In this document: positions 57,028 to 64,000 of the stretch, piece after piece
Position numbering within the stretch: position 1 is the stretch's first letter
How the letters are laid out: every line of letters starts with the position of its first letter
Source: Candidatus Ozemobacteraceae bacterium
GTDB taxonomy: Bacteria; Muiribacteriota; Ozemobacteria; Ozemobacterales; Ozemobacteraceae
Reading direction: 5' to 3'
Assembly (NCBI GenBank): GCA_965140445.1
Contig: OZ223236.1
Coordinates: 1,408,001-1,472,000 of the forward strand
DNA length: 64,000 nt
The notes under the pieces: generated by a model
The model's input: only the letters and a program-made list of their open reading frames with translations
What the model was told of the DNA's origin: nothing
The model's database searches: none
Made by a program: the position numbers and the translations under genes

Positions 57028-58203
57028 TTAGTTCATTTTCTGTCCGCATTCGGGGCAGAATTTTGCATTCGGTGCAAGATCTGCATTACATCCAGGGCAT
57101 TTTGAAGTTTGCGGAGATCCGCATTCTGGACAAAACTTAGCGCCTTCTTTGATTTCAACTTTGCAGCTCACACATGGAACCATTCCCTGAGCATTTTTCT
57201 GTCCACATTCAGGACAGAATTTAGCAGTTTGTTTAATCTGAGCTTGGCACCCACTGCAGGAAATCATTGGTTCTGCTGGTGCTGGTGCTGGAGCGCCTTG
57301 TGCTGGTTGCTGATTGAACATGTTGCCCATTCCCATTCCAGCGCCCATGCCTGCACCCATTCCCATGCCAACTCCCATGCCAGCCATGCCATTTTCGTTT
57401 CCAGCGGCTGTGTTAAGGGCATTAAGTTTTTCTACCTGAGAATATGCGCTAAGGCCAGCTTGATTGATATTTCCCATGGCATTGATTGCGTGAGCATCAG
57501 CCATTTTGTCTGAAATTTTATCAATGCGTTCCTGGGTTTTTTCATCAAAATCAGTGTTTTCAATTCTGAAATCTGACATTTCAAAGCCGAGCTTTTCAAA
57601 TTCTGGAGCAACCATTTTTGCGAGCTCAGTTGAAAGTTCAACGCGCTTAGAATCAATGTCAGCATAGCTATATCCAGACTCAGCAAGAAGATCAGTCAAA
57701 GGAAGAAGAATTCTATCAACAATTACATTTCTTATTGCGCTGATAGGATAAGTGTCTACATTACCTGTGATATTTGTGAAGAACTGTCTTGGCTCAGTGA
57801 TATGAAATGAGAAGTTACCAAAAGCTCTTAAACCTACAGGAAACTTATAAACAGGGTCAGTATATTTAATTGGGGCCTTGGTTCCCCATTTCTGGTTCAT
57901 GAATTCAGTAAGGTTTATGAAATATACTCTGGCTTTATGCTCAGAAGTGAAATTCTGCATTACTTTGCTGATAGTTGTCCAGAAGGGGACGTTTGCTGTT
58001 TTAAGATCAAACAATCCTGGATAATCGTGTACTGCTTTTACCTGGCCTTCATATACAAAGATTGCAGCCTGTCCTGGATTAATGATAAGTTTGGATGCAT
58101 TCTTCAGCTCATCCCCGGTGCCACTCCATTTCCATATCAATACATCAGGATCTTGATCTGTCCATTCAATAACTGAGCGAAGCTGGTTTCCAAAAAATCC
58201 CAT
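57028..58203 (-). CDS. SPFH (band 7) domain protein with C-terminal zinc ribbons
   Basis: VIEW, GQAAIFV.EG, KWGT..P, LRAFG; GM-rich linker; three CxxC...AKFCPECG units. Confidence 0.88.
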   Translation of the reverse strand: MGFFGNQLRSVIEWTDQDPDVLIWKWSGTGDELKNASKLIINPGQAAIFVYEGQVKAVHDYPGLFDLKTANVPFWTTISKVMQNFTSEHKARVYFINLTEFMNQKWGTKAPIKYTDPVYKFPVGLRAFGNFSFHITEPRQFFTNITGNVDTYPISAIRNVIVDRILLPLTDLLAESGYSYADIDSKRVELSTELAKMVAPEFEKLGFEMSDFRIENTDFDEKTQERIDKISDKMADAHAINAMGNINQAGLSAYSQVEKLNALNTAAGNENGMAGMGVGMGMGAGMGAGMGMGNMFNQQPAQGAPAPAPAEPMISCSGCQAQIKQTAKFCPECGQKNAQGMVPCVSCKVEIKEGAKFCPECGSPQTSKCPGCNADLAPNAKFCPECGQKMN

Positions 58204-58330
58204 TCTAATTCCTCCCGTGCAATTAATAAAAAACGTGTTATCAAACTAATTTTTACAAGTATAATGGATTTCAGATAACATAGCAAGATAAGGCCTCTTA
58301 TTATGGCTTTTGATCACATGGAGGAAATCG

Positions 58331-58900
58331 ATGACGATTGATTTAAAGTTGCTAAGTACAATTGAAGATAAGAACGAAGAGGGAGCCATCGCTTTATTGA
58401 GTCAGGGAGCTGATCCGAAGCAACATAATGATATTGGGATTACTCCACTTCATCAGGCCGGAAAATTTGGAATGATAAAATTGGTGCCATTATTGATTGC
58501 TGCTGGCGCTGATGTTAATTATAAAAATGTTGATGGAGTTACACCACTTATCTGGACTGGTGCAAGAGCTCAACCTGAAACATTTCAAATGCTTATTGAT
58601 GCTGGGGCAGAAATTCATCCTGCGGATAGAGATGGTTGGACAACTCTTCATTGGGCTGCTTTCAGAGGCTGTGACCCAATTATTAATAAACTTTTCAAAC
58701 TTGGTGCTGATATCGAAGGCAGGGATAAAGAGGAATGGACTCCATTGCATCTTGCTGCACAGCAGGGACATGCCAGTTCTGTTAAGCTATTGCTTGAACT
58801 TGGAGCAAAAAAAGACCCGGTAAATGATTCAGGCCAGACCCCGTTGGATCTGGCCCGCTCATCAAATCGTGAGGAAGTAATTACTCTTCTGTCGAAATAG
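58331..58900 (+). CDS. Ankyrin repeat protein
   Basis: GITPLH, GVTPL, GWTTLH, WTPLHLAA, GQTPLDLA repeats; GGAGG RBS. Confidence 0.92.
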   Translation: MTIDLKLLSTIEDKNEEGAIALLSQGADPKQHNDIGITPLHQAGKFGMIKLVPLLIAAGADVNYKNVDGVTPLIWTGARAQPETFQMLIDAGAEIHPADRDGWTTLHWAAFRGCDPIINKLFKLGADIEGRDKEEWTPLHLAAQQGHASSVKLLLELGAKKDPVNDSGQTPLDLARSSNREEVITLLSK

Positions 58901-59777
58901 GTTCAACATCGTCCTGGACTTCAATTAACGGAATACCAGTCAGATCAGAAAAGTTGCCGTCTTGAACCCAAGAATCCAGGTGTTTGGCGCGCATTACAAT
59001 AAATGGATGTGACATATAAGAGGTTATCAATGCTGTATAGGCTTTATTTATGAAAGACTCGTCCGTTGCATCTTCGTAATTTCTTATTTGTTTTATAAAT
59101 TCATCTTCGTCCATTTCTTTATATAATCTTGGTGCTCCGGCAGCAAGTTTCATAAAGGTTCTATTCGCAGCATGCTGATTTTGGACACACAATAAACCGG
59201 CTCTATCAGAAGATAGTTCCGATTTTCTTTCCCAATCGTAAAGAGCTAATTCAAGCCCTTTGCTGAGAAAGCCTGAAATACCCAATGTTGCAGAGGCAGC
59301 AATATCCAGAACCAGTTTAAAATGGCGAGCCATGGTTTTGTATAAAACATGTCCACATTTTATGTGACCCAGCTCATGCCCAAGAACAAAGAAGATCTCT
59401 TCATCGCTCATTGTTTCTATTAAACCCGAGGTTAAAACAATAAATGGCTTGGTGTGCCCATATGTGAAGGCGTTAGGCATTGGATTCGTGGTCACATAAA
59501 GATCAGGGACCTCCATGTCCAGAATCCTTGTCGCATAGTTAATGTATTCCCTCAAGCGAGGTAACATTTTGCCTTTTACCTGAATGTTGCTTGCCAGGTT
59601 AGTTATGCGGAAAAACTGCTCAAAGCCATGTTCCATCAATTTTGTTATCAAATACTCAAATCCTGGTATCGCCTGCAGAGCATTAATTGCCTGCTTATCC
59701 CATGGATGCTGAAAATCTTCACGTTTAAGATTTGGAAATGTCTTTAGTTTTCTTTTAAAAGTAGCTTCCTGACTCAT
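58881..59777 (-). CDS. M48 family zinc metallopeptidase
   Basis: FQHPWD, PNAFTYG, HELGH, ELSSDRAG, SHP. Confidence 0.9.
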   Translation of the reverse strand: MSQEATFKRKLKTFPNLKREDFQHPWDKQAINALQAIPGFEYLITKLMEHGFEQFFRITNLASNIQVKGKMLPRLREYINYATRILDMEVPDLYVTTNPMPNAFTYGHTKPFIVLTSGLIETMSDEEIFFVLGHELGHIKCGHVLYKTMARHFKLVLDIAASATLGISGFLSKGLELALYDWERKSELSSDRAGLLCVQNQHAANRTFMKLAAGAPRLYKEMDEDEFIKQIRNYEDATDESFINKAYTALITSYMSHPFIVMRAKHLDSWVQDGNFSDLTGIPLIEVQDDVEPISTEE

Positions 59778-59805
59778 TTTATCCTCTCCTTATTATTGGG
59801 GGTGG

Positions 59806-60390
59806 CTAGCTTCCATATTTTTCAATTGTAAGCATGGCGAGTTTCCTAAATTCTTCAGAATAATTTTTTTCATACTCCGACCAGGTGCAAATTGTGGTGG
59901 TATCTTCTATACGGTCTATGAAGAGCTTACCGTTTAGATGGTCATTTTCATGTTGGAAGGTTCCCGCGGTTATTCCAGAATACTCCGACTCCACTTTTTC
60001 TCCGAAGCGGTCAAAGCCTCTAACTAAAATTCTAGGGCATCTATAGACTTGACCACGTAAATTGGGAACCGATAAGCAGCCCTCAAAATTTATGAAGCGC
60101 TCTACGGTCAAAAACTCAATTTCAGGGTTAATCAAAACCGTCAGAGGCAACTCTGGTTTATATGGATACCTGGGATTATTTTTTACTTCAGCAATAAAAA
60201 TTTGTAGCGGCTCTCCAATTTGTGGAGCTGCAATTCCGGCACCATTTACACTACGCATGGTAGCAATCATGCAATCAATTAAATTTTGAATAAAGTCGGA
60301 CGAAATCGCGTCTTTATCCACCTTTTTTGAGATTTGCCTCAATAAAGGGTTTCCGATCTCTAAGATTGGTTTAATTAACTGGTTGATCAT
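59806..60390 (-). CDS. def: Peptide deformylase
   Basis: GAGIAAPQIG, EGCLS, QHENDHLNG. Confidence 0.95.
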   Translation of the reverse strand: MINQLIKPILEIGNPLLRQISKKVDKDAISSDFIQNLIDCMIATMRSVNGAGIAAPQIGEPLQIFIAEVKNNPRYPYKPELPLTVLINPEIEFLTVERFINFEGCLSVPNLRGQVYRCPRILVRGFDRFGEKVESEYSGITAGTFQHENDHLNGKLFIDRIEDTTTICTWSEYEKNYSEEFRKLAMLTIEKYGS

Positions 60391-60493
60391 ACATGCTTAT
60401 AATAGCAGAAAAATTCCGATCTAAGTAGTCGCCTTTTTATGTTTTGTAATTTGCGATACTTCACAATGGCTTTAGTTGAAGGTAGAATGAAGC

Positions 60494-61222
60494 ATGATCA
60501 AAAAACGAGTTAAAGAGATTTGTAGAAAATCTTTTGCCAGATCAATTATAAGTCTAATTGCGCTGAATTTTTTTCTACTGATTAACAGTAGCTTTGCTTG
60601 CAATCTCGCATTTCATGAATGGAATAAATTGCTAAGCTATCAAACAGAACTTTCTGCACCTTTAGTTATTTTCAATGAATTGGAATTTCTTAAAACTCGA
60701 TATAACCCTGATCAAATAAGTGAGTTAAACTGCTTTATTCAGACTGAATCTTCAATGATGCTTCTTGAATTGTTTCATAGTTTTAAGCAGGGATGGATAA
60801 AAAAAATTCCCTTAAGATTCTTAACCAGTCGACCTATCGATTTTGTAGCGAACAAAACTTCTGAAATACTGTTGGGTTTTAGTAATTGTGTTTTGAAAGT
60901 GGCTTTGTTTAGCGACAAAAATAGCAATGGAAGATGTAAGCAATTGGTTTTGTTGCATGAATCAGAAGCCAGAACAGCATTCAACAATAAAGGTGACTTA
61001 AAGGTTGAAAGATTTTGCGCGCGCCATTGGGTTACAATGAAATTTTGGGATTTTCCTGTTCCAGAAAAAATAATTTCAATCTCAGTATATCCGGTTAACG
61101 GCCATGGCCTAGCTTTATACGAAAATAATATGCTTTCAGAGAAGCTTTTGAATGCAGGACTTTTGATGCGTCAGAATGAAGGTCTTGAAAATGTTCAAGG
61201 CCCGACAATTCCAGAGCTGTAA
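60494..61222 (+). CDS. Hypothetical secreted protein
   Basis: Basic N-terminus plus hydrophobic segment ending SFA-C; no family recognised. Confidence 0.6.
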   Translation: MIKKRVKEICRKSFARSIISLIALNFFLLINSSFACNLAFHEWNKLLSYQTELSAPLVIFNELEFLKTRYNPDQISELNCFIQTESSMMLLELFHSFKQGWIKKIPLRFLTSRPIDFVANKTSEILLGFSNCVLKVALFSDKNSNGRCKQLVLLHESEARTAFNNKGDLKVERFCARHWVTMKFWDFPVPEKIISISVYPVNGHGLALYENNMLSEKLLNAGLLMRQNEGLENVQGPTIPEL

Positions 61223-61234
61223 ATCCTTTAAATT

Positions 61235-61570
61235 CTAGAAATTGTATTTTGTAGCAGTAAAAGAGTAGTTATTTGCATCGATAAAATTATAGCTCCAGTC
61301 TTTTACTGCATCTGGTTCAGGGTCTGTTGGGATTTCGACAATGTAGCTGGGTACAAGTTTAGTAAGAACATCGGGATATGTTCCTTTATCTGATTTGTAT
61401 TCCATTAGAGCTTTTTTTAAAATATGCAGATTTGCTCTCATTACAGCATTTTGACTCTGAGAAACATAATCTTGATAATATGGAACTGCTAATCCAACCA
61501 ACGCAGCAATTATTCCAATGGTGATAACCAGCTCCAGTAGAGTAAAACCTTTATTTTTACCAATCTTCAT
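61235..61570 (-). CDS. GspG-like major pseudopilin
   Basis: MKIGKNKG|FTLLELVITIGIIAALVGLAVP; KALMEYKSDKGTYP..L..LVP.YI.EIPTDP. True start ATG 61570. Confidence 0.88.
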   Translation of the reverse strand: MKIGKNKGFTLLELVITIGIIAALVGLAVPYYQDYVSQSQNAVMRANLHILKKALMEYKSDKGTYPDVLTKLVPSYIVEIPTDPEPDAVKDWSYNFIDANNYSFTATKYNF

Positions 61571-62045
61571 ATTTTGTTTTTCCATCCAATGCTTTATTCC
61601 AGTTACCAACTCCACCTGTTGGAAATCTAATATCGAAAACATCTATTGATGAACTTGGATCTGTTTCTTTCAGGTGCCATGTGCCTGCTGCGTCACGAAT
61701 GTCCCATAAAAACACGTCTTTATGGTCTGTAAACGGGTTGCCGAGGGATTCTGAGGCGATAAATGGCCCCGAGTCTCCACCATTCCTGAGCTTTGCAGGA
61801 TCTATTGGGGATAAAAGAGCATTAATACTTGGTGGATAAGGCGAAGAGCCATCATTTTTTCGTGCTGCTCTATATTTATCTATGCTTTGTCTGATATCTC
61901 TAAGTCGCTCAATCAATAGCTTCTCGCGAGCCTTAATTTGGACAAGGTCAGCTGAAGGGATCGCAAAAAAGGTTAAAGCCAGTAATACGCCTACGACTGT
62001 AACCATTTCAAGAAGACTGAATCCTTTTTTGCAAACCAACATCAT
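61557..62045 (-). CDS. Pseudopilin-like protein
   Basis: KKG|FSLLEM; AREKLL...LRDIRQSIDKY; YPPS; C-terminal ALDG..KYEDW. Confidence 0.85.
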   Translation of the reverse strand: MMLVCKKGFSLLEMVTVVGVLLALTFFAIPSADLVQIKAREKLLIERLRDIRQSIDKYRAARKNDGSSPYPPSINALLSPIDPAKLRNGGDSGPFIASESLGNPFTDHKDVFLWDIRDAAGTWHLKETDPSSSIDVFDIRFPTGGVGNWNKALDGKTKYEDW

Positions 62046-62147
62046 AGGCTGATTATATCATTACCAACTCCTACTTTTTAAGTTTTGAGATTCTTTTTTT
62101 GTATTTGATGGTATTTTTTTGCTCCAAAACTTTATAGAAAGCTTGAA

Positions 62148-63134
62148 TTGGCCGATATAACAGATATGGGAAAAAAGGTTAATACAACATTTTCAATAGC
62201 CTCTCAATCTGCCCAAAATGGTTGGAACTGCTCTGCATGCGGAAAATCTAATGTTGAGAGGGCTTGTTTCTGTGGTGGATGTGGGGCAAAAAAAATCAGT
62301 TTTAACTCTAAGGAATCTCCACAAGTTAATCCACAGGTTAAAACCGCTAACTCGTTTGAAGATTTTGTAATGTCCTTTAAAAATCGTATAAGAAAAATAG
62401 CCGGAAACAGCAATACTTTAAAAACTCGTAATAAAACATCTTTTGTTTTCATTTCGATTTTTATTGTTTTTATAGTAACAATTTTTTTACTGAAAACTAT
62501 TTCGGCAGAGCAGGCGAAACAAAAGGCCATTCCTTGGGCTAAGATTCGAATTTATCTGGCGAATCATTTTAAGTTCTCACCAGCTGAGTTGGATTCTGCG
62601 CTTAATATCAGTTGCAGTATTATTCCTGCTCCTGACGCTACTATTAGAGTTGAGCAGTTGTTAAAAGTCGAGCAATGCCTGAGAAAAAAAATAGGAATCA
62701 AAAGTCTTTCGTTTTTTCCGAATCCATATTTTGAATTAACAGTTGATTCTTCAGGGCGAAAAGTATTTCAGGATATTCCGTTGGATCACCCTGCATATGT
62801 TGCTTTGCGGCCGTTGCTTGATCTAGGAGTTTGTTGCGAATCCGAAAAGAAATTTCTTAGCCCATACAACAAAATGTATCGTGATGACTGGAACAACATT
62901 AAAAATCAGTTTTTTACCATTCTGGCTTTAGAGGTTGAAAAAGATACAGATGCTCAATCTCAGGCAAAAGGGCCAATGAGTAATTATGAGCTTGGGGAAA
63001 GCATAAATGGTTTTCGACAGGTGTTAGGTATGAAACCTTCAAAAAATAAGTTATGGCCAGGAGAATTTTTCTATCCAAGCCGATTAGAGGCTCTATCTGC
63101 ACTGGCTCAGCTTATTGCCGAAATTGAAGGCTAA
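62148..63134 (+). CDS. RanBP2-type zinc finger, TM and SLH-like domain protein
   Basis: WNCSACGKSNVERACFCGGC; TM FVFISIFIVFIVTIFLL; FQDIPLDHPAYVALRPLLDLGV. Start TTG 62148 or ATG 62166. Confidence 0.7.
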   Translation: MADITDMGKKVNTTFSIASQSAQNGWNCSACGKSNVERACFCGGCGAKKISFNSKESPQVNPQVKTANSFEDFVMSFKNRIRKIAGNSNTLKTRNKTSFVFISIFIVFIVTIFLLKTISAEQAKQKAIPWAKIRIYLANHFKFSPAELDSALNISCSIIPAPDATIRVEQLLKVEQCLRKKIGIKSLSFFPNPYFELTVDSSGRKVFQDIPLDHPAYVALRPLLDLGVCCESEKKFLSPYNKMYRDDWNNIKNQFFTILALEVEKDTDAQSQAKGPMSNYELGESINGFRQVLGMKPSKNKLWPGEFFYPSRLEALSALAQLIAEIEG

Positions 63135-63163
63135 CTGTAAAAAACGTTAAAACTATTTTTTAC

Positions 63164-63619
63164 TTAGCTATTTTCACGCTTTATTCTCTGAATGATTAGA
63201 TCCATACTCTGCAAAAATCTGGATCTATCCGTTTTTGAAAACGGTGGCGGCCCACCTGTAATCATCCCTTCTGCTCTAAGATCTGCCATAAGATTGCGGG
63301 AAGCTAGTATTTGTCCCATATTGTCTTCTGAAAAGATTTTTCCATTTGGAGACAAAACTGCTGCGCCAGCTTTTACACATCGATCAGCAAGTGGGATGTC
63401 GGCGGTTACAACTATATCATTTTTGCCAACTTGCTCAGCAATCAGATCATCTGCTGCATCTGGAGAGTTTTCCACAATTATTAGTTCGTTTAGCGGAGAC
63501 TCTGGAAGCCGCATGATGGAGTTTGCTACAAAGGTAACTTTAATATTACACCGCTGTGATACACGGCAGACTTCATTTTTAACGGGACATGCGTCCGCAT
63601 CTACAAATATTCTAATCAT
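63164..63619 (-). CDS. YaiI/YqxD family protein (DUF188)
   Basis: IFVDADACPVK, DAADD, VVTADIPLA, GGPPPF...DR..F. Confidence 0.93.
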   Translation of the reverse strand: MIRIFVDADACPVKNEVCRVSQRCNIKVTFVANSIMRLPESPLNELIIVENSPDAADDLIAEQVGKNDIVVTADIPLADRCVKAGAAVLSPNGKIFSEDNMGQILASRNLMADLRAEGMITGGPPPFSKTDRSRFLQSMDLIIQRIKRENS

Positions 63620-63651
63620 AAAAATAGCCCTCTAATTATTAGAGGGCTATT
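63620..63651 (-). terminator. 14-bp inverted repeat with U-tract directly before the YaiI start
   Basis: Minus strand AATAGCCCTCTAAT-a-ATTAGAGGGCTATT-TTT-ATG. Confidence 0.65.
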
Positions 63652-63701
63652 ATAAACGTAATAATGTAAAAAGTCTTTTAAAACTCTATTGAACTTTTGA
63701 A

Positions 63702-64000
63702 TCAGGTCCTTATTTTTGACCGTGCTTCAAGAACTTTTAATGATTCTTTAAATCTTTCAAACACCGCTCTCGATCTCTGTGTGCAAAAGGTTAGCGGGCG
63801 ATTGAATGCCAGGGTGTTTTTCTTTTTGGCAAGAGCGTGAGCTAGCTTATTTAAGCCATCAAGGATTATTCCAAGTTTTTTGAAAAGCACCTCTCTTACT
63901 CTATCTTCAGTATTGTGACAAAGTTCTTTTGTTTTGTCTGTTCTGGCAACCATAGCCATTAAAACCTTGGTCATCACTTCTGGCTGACTTGAAAAGAAAC
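63702..64000 (-). CDS. Hypothetical protein, 5' end outside window
   Basis: The frame of the 63702..63977 ORF stays open to the window edge (FFSSQPEVMT...). Confidence 0.65.
   Translation of the reverse strand, partial: FFSSQPEVMTKVLMAMVARTDKTKELCHNTEDRVREVLFKKLGIILDGLNKLAHALAKKKNTLAFNRPLTFCTQRSRAVFERFKESLKVLEARSKIRT

Noticed and set aside
57325..57395. Tandem CCCAT(G/T)CC DNA repeats
   Set aside because: They encode the GMGMGAGMG linker of the SPFH protein; a coding low-complexity repeat, not an independent element.
61571..61642. N-terminal extension of the 61235..61642 ORF
   Set aside because: The class III signal implies a short leader starting at ATG 61570; the extension lies inside the upstream gene.
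150..63635. Short antisense or alternate-frame ORFs in the track (e.g. 150..386, 11836..12378, 19882..20397, 25137..25685, 41512..41976, 56168..56713, 63192..63635)
   Set aside because: They overlap well-supported genes and show no motifs; treated as shadow ORFs.
1..64000. CRISPR array, rRNA, tRNA, IS element, integrase, prophage or reverse transcriptase
   Set aside because: No spaced direct repeats or recognisable motifs were seen; intergenic gaps are short and explained by promoters or terminators. A covariance-model scan was not run.

Overview
Gene-dense, AT-rich bacterial chromosomal window with about 55 CDS. I found no rRNA, tRNA, CRISPR array, integrase, transposase or prophage. Housekeeping and signalling genes: ftsE-ftsX-envC-like-ctpA, apt, a NeuA-family cytidylyltransferase, pdp, a dGTPase, ahcY, pncB-pncA, ABC-F, clpS-clpA, def, CvfB, a GGDEF cyclase, an MCP, a FixL-like heme-PAS kinase with a REC-PP2C partner, and a STAS protein. 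The accessory content is envelope and pilus related: seven prepilin-type genes in three clusters, two tandem PilT paralogues with complementary motif degeneration, three large HEAT-repeat proteins next to pilus genes, a DUF5693-CsaB fusion, a RanBP2-zinc-finger/TM/SLH-like protein and an outer-membrane beta-barrel. The best candidates for undescribed systems are (1) an ECF sigma / zinc anti-sigma operon carrying two truncated MotA-like proteins with no MotB, (2) the PilT-PilT-HEAT/TPR-HEAT unit, and (3) a double long-palindrome operator in front of an ArsR-DUF2087 operon. The HEAT and pilin-rich content suggests a diderm lineage such as Candidatus Riflebacteria, but this is unverified inference. 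All calls come from motif recognition by eye; no database search was run.
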